From Protoeuglena noctilucae (Eukaryota), in assembly GCA_958009085.1 (NCBI GenBank), contig OY253669.1:434001-498000 (forward strand): a stretch of 64,000 bases of DNA. The letters are read 5' to 3'. Both the position numbers and the translations under genes were made by a program. The first letter of the stretch is position 1, and each line of letters starts with the position of its first letter. Below the pieces are notes generated by a model. That model made no database searches, had not been told where the DNA came from, and was given only the letters and a program-made list of their open reading frames with translations. Shown piece after piece: positions 39,688 through 51,527 of the stretch.

Positions 39688-40363
39688 GGTTGGTGCAATT
39701 GGGTGGGTCTGAGCGTGTCCTCCGAGTCAGCGCCTGGAGGCAAGGGGGAAAGAAAGGTTTTGAGGCTAGAACCTGCTGCATCCCTGCCGCCAGGCGGCCA
39801 GCAGCTACGAAAGAAAGCTGCGCGAATGAGGGCAGCAGCTCCGGTCGCTGCCGTGGCGCGGGCGACGCGCTGGACGGCGGCGACGGGCGGGAGGGCTCAA
39901 GAGAGGTCCTCGCGGGGCGCGAGCGCGGGCGCTACGGCGAGTATGACGGTAGGCAGGTCGAGGTCCCGATCCTCGGCTGCCTGGCTCGGCGGAGGCGCAG
40001 GAAGCGCGCGGGCTCACCTGCTGTGGGCAGGCCTGGGCGAACTGAGAGGACAAGGCACGCGTGGACGACCTGAGGAAGGGAGGGGGATCGTCGGGCCGGG
40101 GATGATGAGCGGGAACTGGCCGGGTTTTCTGGCGTGGGTAGGGCTTTCAGGGCCCCTGCGTGTCTTAACTTCCTTGGGTTATCATTGATGAAAATGCGTG
40201 GGAAACACTGGCGGCGTCGCATGCTCCCGCGCCGACCTTACGCGCATTGAAAGCTCACAACCCCACGGGGTCCGCTTTGAGCGCCCTCCAGCTCACCTTC
40301 GCGTCGTCTTAGAGCTGAGATCGCGTGCCCACCCGGGCCGCTTCGGGAAAGGCACCGGCCAGG

Positions 40364-42548
40364 ATGGAGAGGCTCGGCGAGCTCAAGGAGGTGAGTTTGA
40401 AAAAATTCGGCAGCACCGTTAGCCCCTGCTCCCGCGCGCTGCACCCGCTCGTTCATGTTAGCGTCTGAATCGATGTTCGTCATCGGGTGGGTTGTTCGCC
40501 CCTTGCGCTCGCCGCGGCGCCCCATGGACGCTGCATCTCTGTGCGTCCCGGCCCCTTGCGCAGGCCGTGGTGCGGGTGCTGGAGCGCAAGGGCGTTCTGG
40601 CGCAGATTCGCGCGCAGCTGCGCCACGAGGTATTCAAGGCCATCGACGACGAGGATGCAGAGGACAGCAACTCCGGGTGACCCGCTGCATCGACGCGCTC
40701 GCTGCGCCCGGCGGCTCCCCGCGCGTGCGGACGTCTCACATTGTTCGACAGCTCTCCTCCTCCGCAGGGACGAGGGATGGTCGCTGCGGAGCGTGCTGCG
40801 CACCGAGGAGGGGGCGATGGCGATGGCGCTCGTCAAGGAGTTCCTGCAGTGGGCGGGCTTGCGGATGACGGCGAGCATTCTGGCGAGCGAGTCGGGAGAC
40901 GCGTCGGAGGGGTTCGACCGGGAGGACCTGGAGGGCCGGTGCGGCGTGGATGCGGGGCCGGGCCCGGTGCTGGCGGCGGTGGCGCAGCGGCTCTTGGCGG
41001 GTGGGGCGGGGCCCTCCGGCGCAGGCGGGGCGGTGCAGGCCTCCGCGGTGGCCCGCCCGGCGAGCGCCGCGACGCGCCCGGTGTCCGCGGTCGGCGCCGG
41101 CACCCTCGCCAGCGCTGGGGAGGCAGCAGAGGGCATGGCCGTTGTCAAGGAAAGGAGTTACGGACCAGAGGATACGTCAAAAGATGATTTCCAGCAGCCA
41201 TCCGCTGGGGCGTCTGAGGAGGATGTCTTGGAGCTGGACGAAGAGGGAGAGAGGGGTGCCGGGTCTGAGGGCGGCGGTCGCGGGGGCGATGGGGATGATG
41301 GGGATGGGGCTGGCTTGGAGGCGGAGGTGTCCAAGGGTGCGAGTGCGAGCGGAGTGGTCCCGGCCGGAGTCGAGGCGGCGGGGTCGGCGTCGCGGGAGGG
41401 GTCGGGCCTGGAGGAGCTGGCGTCTGAGGTGGGCAGGGGCGCTGGGGGCTGGGTGGCCTGTTGTGCGTTGCAGGAAGAGGGGAAGAGGCTGCAGGCTGCA
41501 GAATGTTAGACAGTGTTTTCGGAAAGGTGCCATTGGCTTCCAGCTTCACATATGGGCACCTGTCTGTGTGATGTGTAGGTGGAGGACGAGGTCGAGTACG
41601 ATTTTGATGATGAGGAGGAGGCGCCTGAGGGAGAGGCGCAGGAAGAGGGGCGCGCGGGGTCCGAGGGATCCGAGGTGCGAGCCGGGAGGGGCAGGGGCGG
41701 CGCACATGAGGCTTGGCGCTCATAACACAGACTCAACCACCAAGCCACTCCACGCCCACGTACACCCCGCCTCGCCCCCTCCCCGCAGGGCCCCCCTCCC
41801 CTCGAGGCCGCCTCTCATCGCAGCCACTCCGCCTCTGCCTCCGCCTCCGCCTCGCCGTCGGGCTCGTCCAAACACGACGAAACCCCCACCGCCCCCGCCC
41901 CCATCTCTCCCAGCGCCAACCCACTCCTCGACGGCACCCTCCCCCCGCCGGTCAAAGCCCTGCCCAGCCTGGGTGCTTTGGCAGAGGCACGCAAGCCCAG
42001 CACCCTCGCGCCCCTCCGCGGCAGGGGTCTGCCTGCCATCCCCGCGATGCGCGCGGGGCCAGGGACGGGCGCGGAGTCAGAGACTGGCGCCGATGGGACG
42101 CCGGCCTCGTCGCCGGGCGCGGGGGCGAGCGGCGACGTTGGCGCGGGGCTGTATGGGCAGCGTGACGGGAGGGTGGCAGAGCGGGGCGATGTGGGGGGCG
42201 GGTCAGGGCCTGAGGGTAGCGGGGAGATGTCTGGGGAAGTGTCTTACACCGGATTGGGTCGCTCGCTTCGTGGAGAGGGAATCACTGGTCAGGTGGAGGG
42301 AGAGGAGGACGCGGGGGTTGAGGTCGAGGAGGGTGGGCTCGTGTTGGAGTACAGGTGAGGATAGTGTGGTTGGGGGTTATGGTGGGGTCGTGGATGGGAG
42401 TTGCATATGTAAGCTACAATCTCCATGATGTGGGTTCGTTGATTGTTTGTGGATGACTCTGTGCTCGACTTGTCTTTGCAGTGATGTCGAGGGGACGCTC
42501 GAGGACATCCCTCACATGAGGTTCGTCGAGGCGGCGCGCACTCCGTGA
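40364..42548 (+). CDS. FOP/TONNEAU1-family centrosomal/basal-body LisH protein
   Basis: ELKE|AVVRVLERKGVLAQIRAQLRHEVFKAI (TOF motif), LisH ALVKEFLQWAGLRMTASIL, acidic low-complexity tail. Confidence 0.85.
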
Positions 42549-42893
42549 CATTTGGCGGGGGTGGTTAAGCCGAGTTAAAGCCCTGTCTGGGTTCGGGTGT
42601 ATTCCTGACCCTGAAGGACAGCCGTGTCTCTCGGGAATGGTGCTGTGACTGTATGGCCTAAGACGCTGAGCGTTGTGTGAGGCATCGCTAGTATTCAACC
42701 ACGTGTTCAGACCCCGAGACGGGACGATCATCGACTATCAAACACGCACGCCACATCGGGCAATGCAGTGCCCGGACCAACGCATGGCAAACACCGATCC
42801 CACATGCTGGGCGCAACGACGCAACCCCCAACCGCCACCCACATCCCACACGCTTGCAGCCGCGACCCAGCCCCATCCGCCAGGTGCGCCTCG

Positions 42894-45800
42894 TCACCTC
42901 CGGTACCCCGTGCGTTTGAAGTTGAAGTAGAGGTGCAGGATGCCCCTCTCAAACACGCACTTGAAACCCCTCTTCGCCGTGTACTCCCACTCCTTGTTGA
43001 CGATGCGGAATGCGATGTCCTCGTAAGGCGCACCCGCCTTGAATCGAATCATGCACGTTGAGCCGTCCGCCGACTCCGGGTCTCGCTCGAGCACGTACGT
43101 GGGCGCGGAGGACTTGTCGATGAGGTCCGGGTAGAAGATGTTGAACTTGTAGCCCTGGACGACCTTGGGCGGCATGTTGTCGCTGTCGAAGTGGGCCTGC
43201 GTGGGAGTGGGGTGGGAGGGGGCAGTGACGGGCGGGTGGAGTGAGGCTGCGTTGGGGTGCATGCAGTCACCCGGTTGTGCTTGCTCCATTCAACACTCAG
43301 CCCGACCCCAATCAGTCACTCACCCGGTTGTACTTGCTCCACTCGCACCCAACACACACTCACTCACCCGGTTGTACTTGCTCCACTCGAACCCCGTGTG
43401 CACGCGGTTGAAGTACTTGGGCTTGCGCGGCTTGTACTTGTCGTGCCACCAGAACACCTGAGAGTCTAGCGCCACCTCCGAACGAGAGGACAGGTCCAGG
43501 TCTGGGGGCGGAGTCGGCAGGCGTGGGTGGAGGGGCGACGCGTGGTGCAACATGAGCAAGCGGGACCTGGGTATTATAGGTTGACAAGCCATAGGACGCA
43601 ACATCAAGTGCCTTCAGTCAAACAAAGGGAGTGTCACATTGCAGCAGCAGACGACGCCCCGATCGCTCCCGCCCGCCCCGCTCTAACCCCCGCCCTCGCT
43701 CACCTGCTCCCGTGTCGCTTTCCATCATCTTCATCGCCAGCGCCCACAGCGCCTGCGACTGCCGGTCCCCCTCCTCCTCCGCGCCCCGCACCAGGCCCCG
43801 CAGCCCGCCCTTGGCCTTACCCCGCTCCTTCTCCTTCCCCTTGCTCGGCGCGGGCGCCGCCATCGCCGCCGCCGCCGCCGCCGCCCGGAAGCGTTGGATT
43901 GCCCGGAAGCGCACCTGGGCGCGCAGATACTCGAGCTCCCGCGCGTCGTGCGCCCGCAGCACCACCTCTGCGTCTGGCGGTATCGGCACCCGCGGGGGCG
44001 ACCACCGGCCAGGCTCCGTGCGCGGATGAGCTGCAGGAGCGGGCGCGGGGCCCACGGCGAGCCCATCGCCGCCCCGCTCTCCCTCCCGTGCACCCCCTGC
44101 ATCCCCTACACCTCTGTCCCCAGCGCCACTCGCGCCCCCGCCCCCGTCCCCATCCCCGTCGCCCTCTTCCTCGTCTCCGATGTCGATCTCCTCGGCGTTC
44201 GCCAGAAACTCCCCAGGATCCGGAAGCGGGAACTCTTCCTCCCCAACTGCCCCAGACACACCCCCAGCATCGGCATCGGCATTGACAGCGCGGGCGCCGC
44301 CACTTGCGCCCCCGGCTTCGCCACCCTCTTCGTCGTCGAGAGGGATCTCTTCGGCGTTCGCAGTCGTGCCGGGCAACGGCGGCGGCGGAGGCAGCGCGAC
44401 CTGCGATGCTGCGGCGTCCAGGGCCACCCTGCGAGGAGGACAGGGAACGGACCGACAGTCACCCAGGGTTGCCTGGAAGTAACCACACAGCCCAGTTAAC
44501 CACATCCAATGACCCACGCAGCCGCGGTGTCAAAGGCCAACGACGGCCCCACTCTCCCATTCAGCCACGCAGCTAAGCCTCCCGAATTAATGCTGCAGTG
44601 CGCATGCGTTGCCCAGCGCCGCCCTCGCCTCTTCTCCCTCCTCAGCGCCCCCAGGTCCACGACTGTGTCGGCCCCCGCCCCCGTCCTCGCGATGTGACGG
44701 TCCAGAATGTCCGCGTGAATCTCCCGCACGCGCGCCCGTGCCACATGCACCGTCAGCCGGTGCAGCACCGCTCCCCAGTACTCCGGGTCGTCCGCCTCCC
44801 CGCTCTGCAGCATGCCCTGCACCTCCGCGCGAAGGCCCTGCGAGAGAGGCCAAACGAAGGTTTCCGTGTTCAGGCTCAACTGCTTGGATTGAACAGCTGT
44901 GCCGATTGTCCCAAAAACAGCTGTGGCACCTCCCCTGCGGCTCGGCAGACAGCCTCCCCTGCAGCTTCTCACCTGCAGCTCTGCGAAGTTCTTCCCCTGC
45001 AGCATCTCCTGCACGTCCTCCTCTACGCCTGGCGCCAGGGCATCCCCGCGCGGCGCCTCCACCGCCGTGCCCCGGATGCGCGCCTGCTCCTCCGCCTCGA
45101 CCCGCCTCTTCGCCTCCAGCTCATGATCCGCGACTGCAGGAAAGGAAGGGAAGGATCGCAATAGGCCATCGCCAACCGCAAGCTTGCCCAGGTCCCTGAC
45201 GCCCAGCGTCGTCGGCACCTGTGGACAGCGCGGACCAGTATTCGCGGTGGAGCGGATCGTCGGTGTCGAGTTCCACGAACTCGCGGATCTCGTTTCGCAG
45301 CTCCTCCGTCTCCTCGGCGTTGAGCTCATCGAAAACTCGGTAGGGTGCGGACGTGTCGACGCCCAGGCGCTCTCCGAGCAAGATGTTCTTCACCAGCACA
45401 TCGATGGGCTTCGGACGCTGCTCCGACAGGCGAATCTGCAGGGCCAAACGGCGGGGGGAGCATGAGAAGTGTGGTGCAGCCAGGATCCACCAGCACTTCG
45501 CGCCTCCGAGGAGACCGCGCCACCGTGGCAGTGCCTGCGCGTCCGCAAGCTGCAGAAGCGAACGCGGCCTCGACTTCGCACCTCGGAGCGATCGACGGCC
45601 GTCTTGAGATGGAAGAGCGTCTCCTTGCGGTCCAGCTCCGCGGCTTCCGCGCGAGCTTTCTCGCGGTTCAGCAGCTCCTTCTCTATCTCTCGCTCCTGGC
45701 GCTCCCGCTCCCGCTGCTCCTGGAGCTTCTTGACCTTCTCGATCTCCCGGAGGCGCTCCTCCATCCGCCGCTGCTCGGCGTCCGCCTTGAAGTCCTCCAC

Positions 45801-46340
45801 GCGCAAACCGCGCTCCACAATGTCCCGCTCAATCTTCTTTGCCCACACGAAGCGCTGTCGCGGCGCGTCCGGGTCTCCCTCCTGCTCCTGGTGCTCCTCC
45901 AGACGCTTCGCCAGCTTCTGCGCGAGCCGGCGCTTCCTCTCCCGCTCTCGGCTGTCGTCCCGGGCAGATTCCGGAGACCCGCCGCGAGACCGATCACTCC
46001 GCCGGTTCCCACGTTCGCGGCCGCGCGACGGGCTGGGCGACCGCGAGCGCTTTCGTTCACGGTTCCGCCCCCTGCGGACGCGGGGGTTGGCTAGTCGTTG
46101 CGCAGCATCACAGTGCCTACATGAACGTCAGCAAACACGCGGGTGGCGTCACGGGCGAGGAATCTGCGCAGAATGGCCATCAACGCCGAGGCAGGGGAAG
46201 CACACACATTTCCAGTGCAACTGGCCTCTGAAAATCCCAGCCCGCAAGCAAACAAAACTGTGTCATCTTCATTCGCACCTGTTGCGCTCCCGGGACCCCG
46301 ACCTCGACCTCCGGCCCCGTCCATCGTCCCCGCGCCCCAT
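42894..46340 (-). CDS. CACTIN: Splicing factor cactin
   Basis: FVWAKKIE, FHLKTAVDRSE|IRLSEQRPKPID, WHDKYKPRKPKYFNRVHTGFEWSKYNR|AHFDSDNMPPKVVQGYKFNIFYPDL, YEDIAFRIV, FNFKRTGYRR*. Confidence 0.95.
43267..43389. repeat. Three copies of a cactin exon end plus 5' splice site
   Basis: cactcacccggttgtacttgctccactcg is exact at 43361-43389 (real junction) and 43317-43345, and degenerate at about 43267-43291. Confidence 0.95.
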
Positions 46341-46775
46341 CGCGGCCCCTCAGACGCGCATAGGACACCCGGTAGGGCACAAGAGACGAGGCGATGATGA
46401 ATTACTCAGTAAACTGTCGGGGACGGTGCTGCAAGGCATCCACGGATGGGGTAGGGGCAGGCGGAGAGGTCATGAGCCACGGGGACTGCCTAAAGCGATG
46501 CACGTGGTAGGAACGTCGTGCGGGTTGCTGCTAGAACAAACATCTCGACGTCGGGATGGCGAATGAGCATTTACATGGCCCAGGGGTGTCGGGGGGGGGG
46601 GGACACGCTTGCGTGCCACCTGACATGGGTATTGCGATTGAATCTACGCGGCAGTGGGGCTGTGCAGTAACTGAATCTACGTCCACATACCCCTGGTGTC
46701 TCGACTTCCTGGCTTCCCAGCCTCCGCGTGCTTCCAATACGTACAGAGGCAACGGCTTTATCCGAAGCCGATGAC

Positions 46776-48394
46776 ATGAGCGCTTCGAATCGCAACCGCG
46801 GACGTCTGGCCTCCCCGACGTCCGGTAGCGCAGCGCCACAGCCCAGCCAGTCCGCCCTCGAGCCTACACGGGGTGGCCCAGACACGGGCGACCCCGAGGT
46901 GGCGGAGGATGTCGCGGCCTCGGGCGAGGAGCGGAGGTGCGTGGCATGAGCGTCAACTGCAGGCGGATCCCGCTGCTGCGGGAGACCTGGCGATGTGGGG
47001 GCACGTCGAGACGAGACCGCTCCGTCTTGCTCCCGTTCCTCCCAGGGAGGTGCACGAGTCATTGTCAAGCTTTGTGACGGGCCTCGATAGCCTCAAGGGC
47101 TTGGCGGCGAAGGCGCTAGAGGCGATACGGGAGGAGGAGAAGCGCATGCAGGAGGAGCGAAGGGTGCTGGAGGTGGAGCGCGAGGCTCTCCGGGAAGAAA
47201 AGGAGCGCATGAGTCAAGTATTTCGGGACTCGGAGCAGGTGCTGGTTCAATGGATATCGTGCGTGAGCTGTATGGTACCGCCCGCATGCCCCGTGCGGTC
47301 CCATTGTGAGCCTGGCGACAGCTAGTGCAGCTCTGCCGCGGCTGAGGTCAAAGCTGGTCTATTGTCCCATCCCCACAGGTCCATCTGAACATCGGGGGCC
47401 ACTTCTTCACCACCACCGTTGCCACGATGCGCAACGCACCCAGCCCGAGCCTTTTCTCTGCGATGTTCTCTGGGCGCCACACGCTCAAGCCCGACCGGGA
47501 TGGCCGCATCTTCATAGACAGGTCAGGCCAGACAGCCCCGGGACACCTGCTTGCGAGGCCGCCGTCAGAGGTGGCCGGGGCAGGTGCCGGTGCTGCTCAC
47601 ACTCGCACAGCGCCGTGGTCAGTTTCATCTCTCCCCGCCTCTGCTGCTTCGCAGGGACGGCAGGCTGTTCCACGACATCCTCAACTGGCTCCGCGACAGC
47701 CACTTCAGCTACCCCAAAGCCGAGGGCCCAGAGGCGTTCAAGTATCTGTTGGACCTGAGAGCGGAGGCTGAGTACTACGGCCTGGTGGGCCTGGTCGAGC
47801 AGATCGACCGCCAGCCGTGGGGCCTCTCCCGCGTCCGCCGGTGCCTGGAGATGCGCAACGGTGAGGCGCACGGGCACGCATGGGCTGCGCTTGCCGCTTG
47901 CCGCTTGCGGCGAACCATCCGCATTTGCGTGTCGCGCAGAGGAGAGTTGGATTTACGAGGACGGCCCCGACGAGCTCATCTTCACCGTAGACCACCCGTG
48001 CCAGCTCCTGGGCGTTGGCCTCTGCGCTCCCCGGCAGTGGTACAACGTGCGATTGGTGGTCTCGACCGTCGACCCGGACAACTTTGTCGAGACGGTGTCG
48101 GTGCTGCAGACGATGACACAGACCTTCACGTCTGCAGACGCCACGGCGTGTGTGTGTCGCCTCGACCTGCCCCGCCCCGAGGTCCTCCAGCCAGGCTCCA
48201 CCTACATGATCTCGGCGCTCATCAAGGGCGGAGAATCCCTGTGCTGCGATGACTGCCTCCCGCAGGTGGTCGAGCGGGGCGTCACGTTCACGTTCATGTA
48301 CCACGAGAGCCCCAACGGCACGAGCGACGAGCGGGGGCAGTTTCCCGAACTCTACGTGCGCGTGCTCGAGGGCGGCGCGCTCCACTCGGCCTGA
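46776..48394 (+). CDS. Coiled-coil + KCTD-type BTB + PHR domain protein
   Basis: VHLNIGGHFFTTTVATM...LFSAMFSG...IFIDR|DGRLFHDILNWLRD...EAEYYGL (T1-type BTB); WIYEDGPDELIFTVD...GVGL...LQPGSTY...NGTSDERGQFPELY (PHR-like). Confidence 0.8.
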
Positions 48395-48811
48395 CGCTGC
48401 GACTGGCGGCGCGCTTTGCGCATTTGCATTGCTCGGCCATGTGGATTCAACCAAACAGCTGTTGCTACGCGAGGGCATGTGTGGACAGCTTGTGGGGAGG
48501 GAACTGGAAAGAGTCGGCTAGAGACCTGGCTGAGCGTCGATCTCGAGGAACAGCGGGACGGAGAGACGAGAGTGTAGAGTGGCGGCCTTGGGAGCTGCGA
48601 CGCGAGGCACAGCCGTGCTGCGCGGGCGACCCGCTGTGCAGGCTCAGCAGCCACGCACGCCGCCGCGAGGCGTTCGCAGCTGTCGCCGCCCCTACTCCGT
48701 GTCCACTTCCTCCAGGTCTTTGAGGCCACTGCGGCGGTGAGAGCAGCGGCGTTGCTGTCGCCAGGGCCACCACCGTGCTGGCCAAGACTCTTACAGCACA
48801 CGGTTTGTCCC

Positions 48812-49543
48812 TCACCCGAGGTGCTGGACAGCGTCCACCATCTTCTCTCGCTCGATCACCACCTTCCCCACCTGCCAATGGCACAGGGATGGGGTCAGGT
48901 GGGTCAGACCGACCAAGCGGCCTCCGATGCGACCGCAACTCAAAACCCTGCTTTCTCGTACCTTGTACCGCTGTGACTCCTCGTAGGCGTATTCGTACCG
49001 CCAGCCGAGGTTCTGAGCGCACACCCGGCAGAAGATGTCCGACACGGTGTGCTGCGGAAGCGGGGCAGTGGGTGGGGAGGTCCGTTGCTGTGCACTGACG
49101 AGACCTGCTCAAAGCACCTGCCGCCGCCGTAGCAAGCAACTCATCGTTCCTCGTCACCCCTTCTTCATGCCTCACCGCCAGCAGGCCGCTCACCCTCCCC
49201 ATCACCCCTTGACTATCACTCGCCACCAGCCTCTGCGCTGCCTCCTACTATTCCCACTCACCAGCCCCGTCACCATCCGCCGGTCCTCTGGCGACCCGCA
49301 CGAGATGTTCACGACCATCCTGCGCGCCGAAAGGGACGGGGTCTGTGTAGTACAGTGGCACAGGCATTGCGAGCAAAGGGCCCCACTCGCCCCTGCGCTC
49401 GCCCCGCACCGAAACAGATACGCCTTGCCGTTGCGCGAGTGGAACTGGCGCGACTCGATGTCGGAGTGGCGGGCGAGGTGCGCGTTGCAGTGCCGGCAGA
49501 CGTACACCCGGCCCTCCAGGCGCTCCTCATGTAGCCGGCCCAT
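48812..49543 (-). CDS. YPEL: Yippee-like zinc-binding protein
   Basis: MGRL...YVCRHCNAHL...SRQFHSRNGKAYLF, MVTGL|HTVSDIFCRVC...LGWRYEYAYEESQRYK|VGK. Confidence 0.93.
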
Positions 49544-50360
49544 CAGAGTGAGGGGACACCGCCCACGACCTCCCACCGGCGGGACCCCAGGACACCGGGA
49601 AGAACCGAGGCTCCTGAAAGCCTCCCTGGAGCCACACGATACTGCGGGTAAGCCGGGGCGACGGGACGGCGTCAAGGATGCGTCGCTGGGCCCAAGACAT
49701 CCGGGGTGCCTAGGTCAGGGTCGGAATGTGAGCCCGCGAGGGGAGGAGAGTCGACCACGCATTGGCCCAGCGGACATAATCTATGCACGATCACTCGGGG
49801 ATGCCTGGCTTGGCGCGTGCCGTCCGCATCGAGCGGGGCCAACGAGGCATCTCGTCGTTCCGCGCGCACGAAGGCCGAGGCCCCCCGAGAAAGCACCCGC
49901 TGATTTAAATGTCAAATATCGAGCCGTCGTGATGGTCGACGCCGCGTCGCGCTCGCGGAAAATCGATATCCACGGCGAGCCAGCCCGTCTGGGCGAGGAG
50001 ATGCGCTGAAGCCGGCGAGAGCTGCTCGGTCGCGACTCACCGTGCAACAGCAGCGGGCTCGGGGCGGGCGAGGAGCAGGTCCTGGCGAGTTGAGCTGAGA
50101 AGGTCGAAACCGGTCGTTCCAGAGGCTGAAAACGATTGTGCGACGGTCGAGACTGCACCGTTTTGCTTGTTTACGAACAAATGATTTCCGGTGGCCCCTC
50201 AGCGCCTCTGGTTGCGACGGCATGCAGCGACTGGCGCGCGGGCATTCCCCACAGGCCCGTGCGCACCGGCCGGGGCATTCCATCGACATCTCATTCGCGA
50301 TTCCAGAAGTTTCAATCGAATGTGACGGCTGGAGCGAGTACTCAGTGCCTCAGATTGGCA

Positions 50361-51362
50361 ATGGCGTCTAGACCGGCACCTCGGCTCGTGGGCCGCCTGG
50401 CCCTCCAGCTGCGCCACCCAGGCAGTGGGAGTGGCTCGTGGGTCACCAGTAAGGGATTAGCGACTCTCCAGGCACGTTGTTGTTGCCTAGAGGGCGATTT
50501 TCATCCACGCCACGCTTCCAGCCCAAACGACAAACAGGCGTCCGTTCCACACGCCGTCCGCAGATTCTGGGTATTATTGCAGACGGCGCGAGGTGCAATT
50601 TGACGCTGGCGGGGCGCGCAGTGCTGTCTTACGCACCGTGGAGTGGGGCCGCCTGTTTCTGCCTGCGAAGCGCGGGTTTCCTGCTCCTCGCGTCACTGCA
50701 GGGATCTCACAGGTGATGGGACGAGCGAATAGACGCGTCCGTTGAGCTCGGCGTCGTCTCGCGCGGCCGAATGAAGCCCATCGCCCTCGGCGCCCCTCCG
50801 TGCAGTGGGCCGTCCAAGTTTGCGCTCCTGTGTGACAACGACCAAGAGCAAGAGCTCCTTGGCCTCTCCCGTGCGGTCGGCGGGCGCGTTCTCTGGCTGA
50901 CGCCACGCGTGGTCACAGGGCCTGCGGCTCCCCAGGCACCCATGCCTGCCTTGCAAGAGCCAACCAGGGGCCAGGTTGGCACTGCGGAGGCAGTGGGTGC
51001 GGGAGCATCGCAGCGGGGCGCACCCGACGCGGGGGATGCTGCGGTATCAGCGCCAGCTGGCGCGCCGACTGAGGGACCGGGTGTTTTGCAAGGGGAGGCC
51101 GCGGCTGGCGTCACGGCCCACGAGGACGTTCATCGCATCCTCCAGGTGACGGGACTTGCGTTGCAATTTTACATGGTTACTAGTTTGATGCCCTGCCGTC
51201 ATGACTGCGGGCTGCTGAACAGCACAACCTCCCTTGGTCCCAACACAGGAGTACGCTGGCGACCCCTCCTTCCAGCAACTGGTCCGCCGGCTATCAGAGG
51301 AGTACAAAAGTGCCCTGCTCCGCGCGGCTGGCATACCCGAGGGCGCTGCGTGGTGGGATTGA
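50361..51362 (+). CDS. Candidate REC114/PHS1 meiotic DSB accessory protein
   Basis: Exons 50361-50471, 50564-50712, 50806-51145 and 51249-51362 give an open protein of about 237 aa: PH-like N-terminus (GSWVTSKGLATLQILG...FLLLAS...SKFALL), Ala/Gly/Pro linker, and C-terminal EDVHRILQEYAGDPSFQQLVRRLSEEY. Confidence 0.5.
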
Positions 51363-51527
51363 CGACACGAGCTGGCAGCGACATGCAGACGTGTGCAAGG
51401 GGCCACCTCCCGTCACAACATGAACCAGCAGCGTCGTCCCGTTTTTATTCCGACCGAGTAGCACCTCGCGTGGAATCGCTCGTGATTCAAACAGCCTAAC
51501 TTGCCAGCCTCTGCGGCGACCGCCGCG

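Noticed and set aside
40100..40320. Box C-like ATGATGA (also at about 46394) suggesting a C/D snoRNA or U3
   Set aside because: No suitably spaced box D, terminal stem or recognisable guide; a covariance search would be needed
50714..50716. In-frame TGA between two ORFs (possible selenocysteine or readthrough)
   Set aside because: It falls at the start of a plausible GT-AG intron (50713-50805) whose removal restores the frame
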